This document shows, in pieces, positions 9,561-19,235 of a stretch of DNA of 30,546 nucleotides. A model generated the notes under the pieces. It saw nothing but the letters and a program-made list of their open reading frames with translations, searched no databases and was not told the DNA's origin. Made by a program: the position numbers and the translations under genes. Numbering within the stretch: the first letter of the stretch is position 1; the number at the start of each line of letters is the position of its first letter. Origin of the DNA: an uncultured virus (IMG/VR IMGVR_UViG_3300038423_000131). Taxonomy: Duplodnaviria; Heunggongvirae; Uroviricota; Caudoviricetes. The DNA is taken from the IMG/VR virus record IMGVR_UViG_3300038423_000131; one strand, 5' to 3'.

Positions 9561-10033
9561 GCGAACAAACACCTTTAGTAGTTGCGGCTACTGTAATCGT
9601 AATATCTAAAGATAGGAAGGCTTTGATACTTAAAAGGCTGGCAACAGAGAAAGTTTTTCCTAATTTATGGACTGTAGCAGGCGGCAAACTTAAAACTAAT
9701 GATGGAGATTATGCAAATCATGGGTTCTATTATTATCCAGTAGAAAGTGCAGTTTGCAGGGAACTTCAAGAAGAAACTGGAATGCTTGGTTATTATGCCA
9801 GACTAAGATTAAAGTATCTTTGTTCTATAGTTTCAACAGATGTTAAACGATTAATTCTTAGTTATTATGTAGTGTTTAACGAACATAATGCCGATGAATT
9901 TCACATAAAAACTGAAAACGGTCAAGAGTATGCATGGATAACCGAAGATGAAATTCCGAATTATGATTTCATATTTGACATCGGCGGCGAAATCAGACAA
10001 GTATTTGATATAATAGATAATAGAGTTGATTAA
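9557..10033 (+). CDS. NUDIX hydrolase
   Basis: LILKR...FPNLWTVAGGK...ESAVCRELQEETGM Nudix box with an insertion. Confidence 0.9.
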   Translation: MSEQTPLVVAATVIVISKDRKALILKRLATEKVFPNLWTVAGGKLKTNDGDYANHGFYYYPVESAVCRELQEETGMLGYYARLRLKYLCSIVSTDVKRLILSYYVVFNEHNADEFHIKTENGQEYAWITEDEIPNYDFIFDIGGEIRQVFDIIDNRVD

Positions 10034-10333
10034 ATGAATAAAGTTTTAGATTTAGATAAAATATGGGTTCAAATTCGAAAATCCACTCCTAAACGTTTTG
10101 ACCGTATGCTTATTAGCAGGCAAAAGGATGGTTGCTACAAATTAGTAATTACAAGTGAAGATACATATTGTACGAGTACAATGGAATTTTTATCATGTAT
10201 AATAAATCATGAGTTTCTTCACGTTATTTTAGGAGAGTTTGTTTCAGTAAATTACTATGGAAAGGAATATGATAATTTACTTAAATCAATCAATAGATAT
10301 TCAGATGACACAGTAATGGAAGATTGGCTATGA
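10034..10333 (+). CDS. hypothetical protein with HExxH (zincin-like) motif
   Basis: IINHEFLHVIL. Confidence 0.55.
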   Translation: MNKVLDLDKIWVQIRKSTPKRFDRMLISRQKDGCYKLVITSEDTYCTSTMEFLSCIINHEFLHVILGEFVSVNYYGKEYDNLLKSINRYSDDTVMEDWL

Positions 10334-10437
10334 CCGAAGAATATGAAGAATGTCCTTATTGTAAAAAGAAATATAGGAAATCAAACATACCTAAAAACTG
10401 TCCAGATTGTGGGATGTGCCTTGGAAATTGCGATTAA
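10330..10437 (+). CDS. Zn-finger microprotein (35 aa; CPYC...CPDC)
   Basis: ATGA-coupled, two CxxC pairs. Confidence 0.6.
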   Translation: MTEEYEECPYCKKKYRKSNIPKNCPDCGMCLGNCD

Positions 10438-10491
10438 TTTAAGTAACTGCTTAAAGGCAAAGTTTATAAAGGAGATTAACAATAACATTAG

Positions 10492-10725
10492 ATGATAAAA
10501 ATGGCTAATAGAAGAACGACTATATTTACATATCAAGATGATGTTAAAGTAGAAAATAAAGACGTTAACAATAGGATTGTTAAGAGCAAGCAATGCTGTT
10601 TAACTTGTGGTGGCAACAAGCGTATTCAATGGATAGAGAGGCAAGACGGCAAGAAAGTAGTTAAAGAAGCCTGCCTTTACTGCATAACCAGAGTTCATAC
10701 TTATCTTAATGAGGTTGACCACTAA
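10492..10725 (+). CDS. hypothetical Zn-binding protein
   Basis: CLTC and CLYC pairs; downstream of palindrome plus TATA at 10463. Confidence 0.6.
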   Translation: MIKMANRRTTIFTYQDDVKVENKDVNNRIVKSKQCCLTCGGNKRIQWIERQDGKKVVKEACLYCITRVHTYLNEVDH

Positions 10726-10844
10726 ATGGGAAAATCATGTTCAAATTGTAACAAGAAAGATGCTTGTAACAAGCAAATAAAACTTATGGCATCCGATAAT
10801 GATTTAAAGCGTATGGTCTGCTTCAATTATGAGGATGATTAAAG

Positions 10845-11840
10845 ATGCCACCAGTAAAAAGAAAGGTTAAGAATCCGTTTGAATCATTAGCAACAGAAGA
10901 GGCTACACCATTTATACCTGTTGGCAAGAATGGAAAGAGAAAAGTAGTTAAATTCGAAAGGTATCCACACATTTCAATATTGAATAGTAGTAAGTTATGT
11001 AGAATGTTGCTTGGTAAACGTCTGTTCTGGACTATAAAGGAAGACGGCGAATGCGTTACAATTTGGCTCAAGAAGCATACAGCCGCCAGTAAATCAACAA
11101 ATGTGATTTTGATGCTTCAAGGTAAAAATTATGTTAAATATGATATTATAATTTCCAGTAGGAATCAAGAAATAGCATCACAGGATATTCAGAATAGAGT
11201 TAGAGAAACAGATGAATATTCAAAGATAGTTTATATGCTTAGTGATAATCCTATGTTTAGGATTGTATGTGAAGAATGCAGGAAGGGCAGAAGCGTAACT
11301 GGAATCAAGACTTATAACCGAGACCAACTATTCATGATTGATATTTATGATACGGCTCAAGACAATTATCTGGCATACACAGCTATGTATCAACAATGTT
11401 ACCATTATGGAATTCAAACGGTTAAGTTATATGCTGAGACACGGCACAGGACAATTAAAGACCTTCTCAAATTTAAGAACCATGTGCTTGAATATTGCGA
11501 TAGCCAATGTGAAGGCAAAGAAAAAGAGGAAGGTATGGTTTGCACGACATTTGATGATGAAGGGCAACTGCTTAAAGCCAAAGTTAAACTTGATATTCCA
11601 GAACCCAAAGTTCGCAAAATCAGGGAAGGACAAGTTATTCTTCCACAAATACCAGAGAGTGAAATTATGGGTGCAATCAGTAAAGTTGAAGCAGATTTTG
11701 GTTTAACTGGACAGCCAAAAGATGATATGCCCAGAATTGCGGCGGAAGTTAGTAAAGCCTGCAAAGAACATCTCTATTCAAGCAGAGGTAATCTATTTCA
11801 ATATTACAAAATTTATCTTGAAAGGATGATTAAAAAATGA
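10845..11840 (+). CDS. ATP-dependent RNA ligase-like nucleotidyltransferase (Rnl2/Rnl5-type)
   Basis: FERYPHI, motif I KEDG, SSRN, motif III IVCE, IIIa FMIDIYD, IV EGMV, V KAKVK. Confidence 0.75.
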   Translation: MPPVKRKVKNPFESLATEEATPFIPVGKNGKRKVVKFERYPHISILNSSKLCRMLLGKRLFWTIKEDGECVTIWLKKHTAASKSTNVILMLQGKNYVKYDIIISSRNQEIASQDIQNRVRETDEYSKIVYMLSDNPMFRIVCEECRKGRSVTGIKTYNRDQLFMIDIYDTAQDNYLAYTAMYQQCYHYGIQTVKLYAETRHRTIKDLLKFKNHVLEYCDSQCEGKEKEEGMVCTTFDDEGQLLKAKVKLDIPEPKVRKIREGQVILPQIPESEIMGAISKVEADFGLTGQPKDDMPRIAAEVSKACKEHLYSSRGNLFQYYKIYLERMIKK

Positions 11841-12196
11841 CGAGAATAATTAAGATGTCATGGAATAGGTTTGATACAGGAGTTCGTAATCTTGCTAAAA
11901 ATATTGAGAAATCTGGAATTAAATTTAAAAGTATTTATGGAATTCCAAGAGGCGGTTTAATTATTGCCATTAGGCTTAGTCATTTATTAGATATTCCATT
12001 TACAGAATTTCCAGAGGAATCAACTTTGATTTGTGATGATGTAGTTGATACTGGAAAAACTTTATGCGAAGATGATGAAAGTGGATTTAAAACAGCATCA
12101 TTATATTGGAACCCCGAAGCCTCATTTAAACCAAATTTTTATATTTATGATAAACCTAAAAATTCATGGATAGTATTTCCTTGGGAATCCAAATAA
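11837..12196 (+). CDS. type I phosphoribosyltransferase (purine/xanthine PRTase-like)
   Basis: GIPRGGL, PRPP-binding LICDDVVDTGKT, WIVFPWE. Confidence 0.9.
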   Translation: MTRIIKMSWNRFDTGVRNLAKNIEKSGIKFKSIYGIPRGGLIIAIRLSHLLDIPFTEFPEESTLICDDVVDTGKTLCEDDESGFKTASLYWNPEASFKPNFYIYDKPKNSWIVFPWESK

Positions 12197-12663
12197 CCAA
12201 AACATTTATATACCCGATTGTAATAGTTTCCTTGGGAGATAATATAAATAAATGTGAATGTGGTTGCGGTCAAGAAGTTGATAAACGATTTGTACAGGGT
12301 CATAATATTTTAGTTAATCATTTCTCTGGAAGTGTTAAAGGCAAAAGACCAGATGTTTCAGAACGAAATAGAAAAACTAATCCTTTAAGAAAAGGAGAAA
12401 ACCATTGGAATTGGAAAGGTGGAATAACAAAAAGAAACATGATTTCTGAGGAATACAAAGCATGGAGAAAAGCAGTATTTAAAAAAGATAATTATACTTG
12501 TCAAAATTGTGGAAAACATGGTGGTCATATGAGTTTACAAGCACACCATATTAAAGAATGGGTTAATTACCCTGAATTAAGATTTGATGTTAATAATGGA
12601 AAAACATTATGTAATAAATGCCATAATAAAACAAAAAGATTAAATCAATGGAAGAAGAAATAA
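12166..12663 (+). CDS. HNH endonuclease with NUMOD-like N-terminus (true start probably downstream, e.g. TTG12232)
   Basis: CECGCG, KGENHWNWKGG, WRKAVFKKDNYTCQNCG...AHHIK...NGKTLCNKCH; TATA at about 12205. Confidence 0.85.
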   Translation: MDSISLGIQITKTFIYPIVIVSLGDNINKCECGCGQEVDKRFVQGHNILVNHFSGSVKGKRPDVSERNRKTNPLRKGENHWNWKGGITKRNMISEEYKAWRKAVFKKDNYTCQNCGKHGGHMSLQAHHIKEWVNYPELRFDVNNGKTLCNKCHNKTKRLNQWKKK

Positions 12664-12818
12664 TGAGAGGCGTTAAAAATATACCTTTGCCGTTCTATGC
12701 CGAATTGGCTATAGTTCGTTACTGTGAAGAGAGACAAAAACACACATCTATAAATTGGTTATGTTGTGGCTGTGAAATAAAACCCATATGTGAAATAATG
12801 GAGAAACAAGAAAAATGA
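12663..12818 (+). CDS. Cys-containing microprotein (51 aa), not in the ORF track
   Basis: TAATG overlap upstream and ATGA overlap downstream. Confidence 0.5.
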   Translation: MRGVKNIPLPFYAELAIVRYCEERQKHTSINWLCCGCEIKPICEIMEKQEK

Positions 12819-13102
12819 ATGATGAAATAAATATTTGGGAGTTTATGGCATTTACTATAGCGGATGCCGTAGCTAAAGCGGCTAATGTAAAACTGAGTTG
12901 GGATATGGTTCAAGCCGCCGAAGAACAATTGCATTTAATTAATGAGGGATACATTGTTAGGGTTTATTTTGCAACCATTGACCCAGCCACTATGAAAGAG
13001 ATAAGTGACCGCATGAAGAAACTCATTAATGCAAAATTAGAGCAAGGTTTAAATAGTGGACTTGATGTTATATTAAAGAAAGATGAGAAACATGAATCAT
13101 GA
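12815..13102 (+). CDS. hypothetical protein
   Basis: ORF in operon. Confidence 0.6.
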   Translation: MNDEINIWEFMAFTIADAVAKAANVKLSWDMVQAAEEQLHLINEGYIVRVYFATIDPATMKEISDRMKKLINAKLEQGLNSGLDVILKKDEKHES

Positions 13103-14324
13103 AGAAATAAAAAATCAATTAATTGAAGAAGGTAAGCAGTTAGGACTAAAACCAAACGAATTGAGAGTATTATCTACAGACCCATATTTTGTTGGCACAG
13201 AGAAAGATTACATTGATGCTAAATGGGCGGCAGACTTATGGGATACAATGATGGCTAAACGTAAGAAACAATTGCATTTGAGGGGATTCCATTATTGGTG
13301 TATGTCTAATAGAGTCAAGAAACCAGACGGAGATTTCTATACTCAACCTGACCCTGTTAAAGATTGGACTTTCTTGCTACATTCAGCACAGATTGCACGA
13401 TACTTGGGCATAGGTAAATGGGAAAACCTTGTTGATTTGAAACACCCAGCACCAAATGACTACGATAATTACTTCGTTGGAAGCGGAATATACCAAGATG
13501 GACATGTTGACATACCCAAAATTGTTAAAGGAAGAATCGAAGGACTAATAGATGACATCTTGAAACAAGCACCACGATACTACGAATCAGGCTATCAAAT
13601 GTACCACTTAGAAGTTTGGTGTGAAAAGCAGTCTATGGGCTTCGTTATTGAGCCACAATGTAAGAAATACAATGCAACCTATCAGCCATTAGTCGGTCAA
13701 GCATCAGTCGAAAAAGTCAATATGAGTGCTGAAAGAGCAATAAAAGCGGCACAAGCAGGCAAGAAAGTCAGAGTATTCTACATTAGCGATTGGGATAGAT
13801 ATGGATGGAGTATGGTTTCGGCAGTTGCAAGGAAACTTGAATTTTTCATTCAAAATAATGAAAACATGGATGTTAAACTGACACGGCTTGCATTAAGTGA
13901 AGACCAGATAAACAAATTCAACTTGCCTAAAGCACCGAAACATGGTGAAGCAGTAGTCGAATTAGATGCTCTTGAAGCAATTTATCCGAATGAACTTGGA
14001 AAGATAATTGATGTGGCATTGAAACCCTATTACGATTTTGACAAGCCGAGAATAGTTAGTGATGAAAACTTAGCAATGCGTCAACGTGCAAAAGATATGC
14101 TTAAACCACTTGATGAAACTTTAGACCTATTGAGAAATGCCATGAAGGACATACAAAACATTGACTTGAGTAAAGCAATTGATAGTGAATTCGAAGTGCC
14201 TGAACCAGACCATATTATTGATGATAATAACACAAATTGGGTTTATGACAGCAATAGAAACTACTTTAAGCAAATCGAAGAATATAAGAAATATAAGGCA
14301 AGCAGAGCAGAAGAAGAAACATGA
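13083..14324 (+). CDS. Topo VI-A/Spo11/JetD-like toprim-domain protein
   Basis: LHLRGFHY (putative catalytic Tyr), EVWCEK, YISDWDRYG (DxD), RLAL...NLP...VELDALE. Confidence 0.7.
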   Translation: MRNMNHEEIKNQLIEEGKQLGLKPNELRVLSTDPYFVGTEKDYIDAKWAADLWDTMMAKRKKQLHLRGFHYWCMSNRVKKPDGDFYTQPDPVKDWTFLLHSAQIARYLGIGKWENLVDLKHPAPNDYDNYFVGSGIYQDGHVDIPKIVKGRIEGLIDDILKQAPRYYESGYQMYHLEVWCEKQSMGFVIEPQCKKYNATYQPLVGQASVEKVNMSAERAIKAAQAGKKVRVFYISDWDRYGWSMVSAVARKLEFFIQNNENMDVKLTRLALSEDQINKFNLPKAPKHGEAVVELDALEAIYPNELGKIIDVALKPYYDFDKPRIVSDENLAMRQRAKDMLKPLDETLDLLRNAMKDIQNIDLSKAIDSEFEVPEPDHIIDDNNTNWVYDSNRNYFKQIEEYKKYKASRAEEET

Positions 14325-14632
14325 CTGATAAATTAGAGGAAATGCTAAAATTACAAAATGAATTTCAAAATAAATATAATTATCATCCACAAAGACATAG
14401 AATAGCCGCCGCATTAATGGTCGAAGCAGGAGAACTTTGGATAGGAAGTAAAGGTAAATGGTGGAGTAAAAAGAGAGGTACACATAAAAATCGAGTTGAA
14501 GAATTAGTTGATATAATGCATTTCTTTTTACTATATATGGGTGCTGATAAAATTACTGTATATGAACTATACAATGCATACTGTGATAAACTTAAAGAGA
14601 ACTACGCAAGACAAGAATCTAAAACCTATTAG
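14321..14632 (+). CDS. all-alpha dimeric dUTPase/MazG-like NTP pyrophosphatase
   Basis: MLKLQ, EAGEL, KWWS, EELVDIMHF, K..ENYARQ...Y. Confidence 0.8.
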   Translation: MTDKLEEMLKLQNEFQNKYNYHPQRHRIAAALMVEAGELWIGSKGKWWSKKRGTHKNRVEELVDIMHFFLLYMGADKITVYELYNAYCDKLKENYARQESKTY

Positions 14633-14687
14633 TTTTACCACAACATTTAAATAGTTGATTGTTTATCTTATAAATCAGGTGAAATAT

Positions 14688-15059
14688 ATGTTACCAATTC
14701 CAAAAGGTATAGGAGATAAAATTATTGCTGGCATCGGTGGAGCTATTGCTCTCGTTGGTTTAGGGTTAACTATTGCTAAAGCTGTTATGGGACAGGGGAT
14801 TGATTTGACAGGCGTTATTGGTGCTGGTTCGGGTGCAGGATTATTCCTTAAAGGCATGGAAGAGTTTCTTGGTAAGAGTCCAGTTCAAGGAGTAGCAGAT
14901 ATGGAAGCAGGTGCTAAAGAAGTTGCGGCATCACTTCCAGAAGCAGAAAAAGAAGTCAAAGCAATAGAAGCTAATCCAGTACCAGTAGTTGAAGCCGCTA
15001 TTCCACCAGTTATAGCTTACGAAGTTCAAAAAGAAGAAGAAACTAAACCATCAAGTTAA
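14688..15059 (+). CDS. small membrane protein with Gly-rich hydrophobic segments and acidic tail (holin-like or virion membrane protein; function unknown)
   Basis: IIAGIGGAIALVGLGLTIA and GVIGAGSGAGLFL; GGTGA RBS before ATG14688; own TATA at about 14646. Confidence 0.65.
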   Translation: MLPIPKGIGDKIIAGIGGAIALVGLGLTIAKAVMGQGIDLTGVIGAGSGAGLFLKGMEEFLGKSPVQGVADMEAGAKEVAASLPEAEKEVKAIEANPVPVVEAAIPPVIAYEVQKEEETKPSS

Positions 15060-15061
15060 AA

Positions 15062-15100
15062 TCAAGGGTTTTAATTCCTTTGACTCAACCTAATTTTTTT
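15062..15100 (+). terminator. hairpin plus T-tract after the membrane protein gene
   Basis: TCAAGGG/CCTTTGA stem around TTTTAATT, then a T7 run; overlaps the start of the next gene. Confidence 0.4.
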
Positions 15101-15718
15101 AGTGTAACTCCAGTGTGGCAAAATGTTGAAAGTATCTTTGATTGTTTAACTGCTTTAGACAAATTTGTTGATGGGTTAATAATTTGTGAAGGCAAGTGGT
15201 TAGGGTATGAAGGAGATTTACGTTCTAATGATGGTACTTTAGAAGAGATAGTACGGTTTATAAAGACGGCTAAACATCATGTTACTTTTATGATGTCGCC
15301 GCAACCTATGAATCAAGTAGATATACGAAACTTAATGATTGACCAAGTTCCAAGTCAATCATGGTTTATTGTGATTGATTCAGATGAAGTTGTAAGAGAG
15401 TACCCAGCACCCGATAAACTTAAAGAATTACTTAAATCGGATGCAAAAGGTTACTGCATTCGCTCATATGACATACTTGAAAAAAACAACATAGATGGGC
15501 ATTTAATGGACTTACCGAAAATTATGAAAAAAACTAAAGACTTACATTATACTCGGAACCATCGTTATATGGATGATTTTGAAGGTCCAATCGTATATGG
15601 TGGACCTAAATTTCCAGCTTGTAAAGATTTCAGTTTTATTCATATGTCTCAGAAAAAGACAAGGCAACAGTCCGAAGCCTATAAGTGTTGGTTAATTGAA
15701 TATGAATATGAAAAATAA
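15080..15718 (+). CDS. GT2-like glycosyltransferase, related to 4969..5832
   Basis: FVDGLIICEG...SNDGT...RN...WFIVIDSDE. Confidence 0.75.
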   Translation: MTQPNFFSVTPVWQNVESIFDCLTALDKFVDGLIICEGKWLGYEGDLRSNDGTLEEIVRFIKTAKHHVTFMMSPQPMNQVDIRNLMIDQVPSQSWFIVIDSDEVVREYPAPDKLKELLKSDAKGYCIRSYDILEKNNIDGHLMDLPKIMKKTKDLHYTRNHRYMDDFEGPIVYGGPKFPACKDFSFIHMSQKKTRQQSEAYKCWLIEYEYEK

Positions 15719-15778
15719 CTTAATTTTTCGATTTATTTAAGTAATTATTTAACGAGTTTATTAACATTTTTTGGTTAT

Positions 15779-15794
15779 TTAAGTAATTACTTAA
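15779..15794. promoter_or_regulatory. 16-bp perfect palindrome TTAAGTAATTACTTAA (type copy of a recurring operator-like site)
   Basis: Perfect copies at 15779, 23170 and 24867; near copies at 787, 10439, 15737, 15877, 22190 and 29732. All lie next to TATA-like boxes. Confidence 0.75.
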
Positions 15795-15928
15795 AACCGC
15801 AAGGTTTATATATGATGATGTATATACGAGCAGGTACGTTGTGAACCTAAAATTGGCGTGTGTCTTAGGGCAAAATTTAAGTAACTATTTAATCAAAAAC
15901 TTTATATAGGTGATATTGATTATTATAA

Positions 15929-16666
15929 TTGAATATTGGTGAAAATATGTTTAGGTTAACTCCATTTAATTATAACAGGCATTATGATTTAATCGCAAGA
16001 TTGTTACTGAACCGTTGTCCTGAATTAGACCTTAATGGAATAGAGAAACAATTGCTTATATCCTGTAAAGACGACTTAGCTCTTTATATAATGTATTTAA
16101 GAGAGAATCATTTAGTTACTGATGATATGTTTATGGAATACTTTACTACTTTTGTGCTTAATTTCGATTTGGGAATAGAACATTTGGTTCAACCGATTTT
16201 AACTGCTGAACAAGAAGTTCGATATGATATTGATTGTGAGAAGTTTGCGGATACACTTGTTGATGAATGGTGGAAGAAATTTCAAGTACGCACAGAAGTT
16301 AAGTTAGTTAAGCCAGATATTCCACCTATGGTTATGGGTAATATGAGAATGAGAAATATGTTTACACCTGATGAAATGGATGACCTGCACTTTTATGTTG
16401 CAATGATATTAATAAGAAATGGTGAACGATGCTTTATTGATTTAATGATTGGTAATCTTGTTGCTGGAACAATAATGATGAGAGTTAGCCCAAACAAAAC
16501 ATCATTTAATCAACAAGATAAACTCCAGTTAACTCAAGCTATAGGATTTGAAGCTAAAAGAATGACTGAACGAAGTGGACCACTAATTTTTCTTTTTGCG
16601 GATAAGAATTACTACAGAGCACATATGAGGGAATGGAGAGAACCATCACATGGGCAAATACTGTAA
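15929..16666 (+). CDS. hypothetical protein (likely start ATG15947)
   Basis: Long ORF after palindrome plus TATA at 15901 and a GGTGA RBS. Confidence 0.75.
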   Translation: MNIGENMFRLTPFNYNRHYDLIARLLLNRCPELDLNGIEKQLLISCKDDLALYIMYLRENHLVTDDMFMEYFTTFVLNFDLGIEHLVQPILTAEQEVRYDIDCEKFADTLVDEWWKKFQVRTEVKLVKPDIPPMVMGNMRMRNMFTPDEMDDLHFYVAMILIRNGERCFIDLMIGNLVAGTIMMRVSPNKTSFNQQDKLQLTQAIGFEAKRMTERSGPLIFLFADKNYYRAHMREWREPSHGQIL

Positions 16667-17060
16667 GTCTAAAAAATATAACTTTCAAACTGCTGATACA
16701 AAGATAACTTTTTATGATGGTGAAGAGGGATATGATTGTTTCTATCTTGGAAATGGTTATTCTGAATTATTGATTTTTAATAAATCCATGTTAGAAAATG
16801 AACATCTTTATGCCCATGAATTTTCTGAACTTGCATTGCTTGGAGCAATAAGGAAATGTACAAGAAAATGGCATGGACAAAATATTAAATTTAAATACTT
16901 TACAAAAACAAGCGTAGCACATCTAATCTGTTGTTTTGGAATACCAAACAAAAGGACATTATGCCCAGATTTAGAATTTAAAAAACAATATAAAGATTTG
17001 GTAAGAAAATTATCTAACGAAGAATTTGAGATACGGAAAAATCTTGGTATTGGATGGTAA
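16650..17060 (+). CDS. hypothetical protein
   Basis: ORF overlapping the upstream gene end, GGAG RBS. Confidence 0.65.
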   Translation: MGKYCKSKKYNFQTADTKITFYDGEEGYDCFYLGNGYSELLIFNKSMLENEHLYAHEFSELALLGAIRKCTRKWHGQNIKFKYFTKTSVAHLICCFGIPNKRTLCPDLEFKKQYKDLVRKLSNEEFEIRKNLGIGW

Positions 17061-17141
17061 TTTCTACCAAAAGATTTAAATAGGTGTTTAATTATTTATA
17101 AATTATATAGAATTATAAATAAATAAATCCTGAGTGATAAA

Positions 17142-17690
17142 ATGGTATATAAAGATAAAAATAAAGAACGTGAATCTCGGAGAAATTGGCGTTTGAAAAA
17201 TAAAGATAGAATTAATGCCAAACGAAGAGAAAGAAGTTTAAATGATAAAGAATATAGAAATGAAATTAACAAAAAACAAACGGAATGGAGAAATACACAT
17301 TTAGAAGATTATCGTGGTTATTATAGAAATTATTATCGTAAAAATCATATTAAAGTTTTAAAAAGAGTGGCAAATTGGCAAAAAGAATATCGTAAAAAAA
17401 TTAAAATATATTTAATGGATATACTTGGTAATAAATGCAATAAATGCGGAATAATTGGGGGTGACGAAAATATTTGCATTTTTGAATTCCATCACATAAA
17501 TGAAGAAAATGCGTGGGGAAGAAACAATAATATAAGGGTAAAAACATTAAGAAAATGGTTTGATGAAAATTCTATTCCAGATGATGTTATTTTATTATGT
17601 TCAAACTGTCACAAATTGGAACACTATAAACCACATACCGAAACACTTATAAATAACAAAGATATTATAACTAATGATTTGGTGAATTAG
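17142..17690 (+). CDS. free-standing HNH endonuclease
   Basis: K/R-rich N-terminus, LGNKCNKCG...FEFHHI...IPDDVILLCSNCH; TATA at 17075. Confidence 0.85.
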   Translation: MVYKDKNKERESRRNWRLKNKDRINAKRRERSLNDKEYRNEINKKQTEWRNTHLEDYRGYYRNYYRKNHIKVLKRVANWQKEYRKKIKIYLMDILGNKCNKCGIIGGDENICIFEFHHINEENAWGRNNNIRVKTLRKWFDENSIPDDVILLCSNCHKLEHYKPHTETLINNKDIITNDLVN

Positions 17691-18089
17691 ATGAGACGAA
17701 TAACTACGTGTCAAAGCTGTCAAGCTGGGTTTTGGAGTTCTACAAGGAAGATGTTCATAGTTTGGGCAGTTAAACCAGTTGAAAAAGATGGAAAGATGGA
17801 GTTGCAGAAACTTAGAACATTCGGCGGATTTTATTCGTGGGTAGATGCAGACGCTAAAAAGATTAAACTCAATAAGGGTGAACAAAAATTTATTGAAAAA
17901 TATTATTTACCTATACAGCAACTTTGTGGTAATTGCAAGAAACTTGAAACGTCAATAAAGAAGAGGATTGCTCAAGACAAAAAGAGACCGCCAGCAGTTA
18001 TAACCGATGAAAATAGCAAAGGATTTATGAAATTTATAGTGGATAAAAAAGTAGAGCAAGAAGGTAAAGAAGAGAAAGAGAAGAAATAA
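17691..18089 (+). CDS. hypothetical Zn-binding protein
   Basis: CQSC and CGNC; GGTGA RBS. Confidence 0.65.
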   Translation: MRRITTCQSCQAGFWSSTRKMFIVWAVKPVEKDGKMELQKLRTFGGFYSWVDADAKKIKLNKGEQKFIEKYYLPIQQLCGNCKKLETSIKKRIAQDKKRPPAVITDENSKGFMKFIVDKKVEQEGKEEKEKK

Positions 18090-18091
18090 AA

Positions 18092-18655
18092 ATGTTCAGC
18101 ATTAGACCATCAAGTAGAAGACCATTTCATAAACCTAAACTCATTAAATCTAATGGCAATACTGATTCCACAATGAAAATTCCGTTTTCAAATAATGAAA
18201 ATATTACTGTGGAAAGTGGTGATTCCAAGAACAAGATTGACCAAACCAAATTAGGTAATGTTGGAAATATTAGCACTTTAGCATATTTATACTGCGATTT
18301 ACAAAATTGGGGTAAAACAATAATTAGACAAGGAAACAGAAGCGAATTAGACCCAACTAAACCACAAATTTGGGTTTTCTGTCCTCTTCTTAAAAGGAGA
18401 AATCCCCATGATAGAATCTTGGTTGAAAACTGTAAGAAATGCTCTCATTTTAAAGGAATGAGCGAACCGATAACTCAGAAATCTAATGACATAACCACTA
18501 ATTATAAAATAAACTTTGTTCCAGCAAAAAAACATCAACCAAAAATAGGTTTTACAGAAGAACAGATTGCAGAAGCGGAAAAATTACATCGTAAAGAAAA
18601 TAGAGAATGGATAAAGGAAGAACGGGAAATTTTTGATAAAAAACAAAATTCTTAG
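18092..18655 (+). CDS. hypothetical protein with Cys motifs
   Basis: WVFCP...CKKCSHF. Confidence 0.65.
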   Translation: MFSIRPSSRRPFHKPKLIKSNGNTDSTMKIPFSNNENITVESGDSKNKIDQTKLGNVGNISTLAYLYCDLQNWGKTIIRQGNRSELDPTKPQIWVFCPLLKRRNPHDRILVENCKKCSHFKGMSEPITQKSNDITTNYKINFVPAKKHQPKIGFTEEQIAEAEKLHRKENREWIKEEREIFDKKQNS

Positions 18656-18826
18656 AAAGTTTTCTTTAGAGCAATGCAAAGATGGAATTTATTTTCTTGA
18701 TAATTTACCTCTATTTTTTAATGCTATAAATGTAGCAAAACAATTACAAGTTGAAGTCTGGTTGGAAAGCCCAAATCAAAAGGATAATTATAAAGACTAT
18801 ATACGATAATAAATAAGGTTATTTAA

Positions 18827-19060
18827 ATGGGTAAACAAGAAAGATTAATTAAGAGAAAAAGCGAAAGAAAATTGAAAAATATAATAGCTAAATTGAGGAA
18901 AAAAGAAAAGCAAATATGTTCATATTGCAACAAAGAAATACCTAAGTCTCAACATGAAGTATTTTGTTTAACAAACGCCAATTTAGATTTCTTTTATTTC
19001 TTCTGCTCAAACGAATGCGAAAATAAGTTTAAAGTCCTTAATAACATTAAGATGAAATGA
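18827..19060 (+). CDS. TRASH/MYM-like Zn-finger protein
   Basis: CSYCNKEIP...FFCSNECENKF. Confidence 0.6.
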   Translation: MGKQERLIKRKSERKLKNIIAKLRKKEKQICSYCNKEIPKSQHEVFCLTNANLDFFYFFCSNECENKFKVLNNIKMK

Positions 19061-19235
19061 TATGGAACACATTATTGAAGTAGATTCAATTGCTAAATGC
19101 CAAAAATGTAATTATTATACTGATATACTGAGATGCATTGACCATTATGATTGCGGTAACAAATCTAACCATTAATGAAGATAAGTCGTAAAGTTTATAA
19201 GTGAGTTTTAATAATACTATTGTTAGTGATAACGA

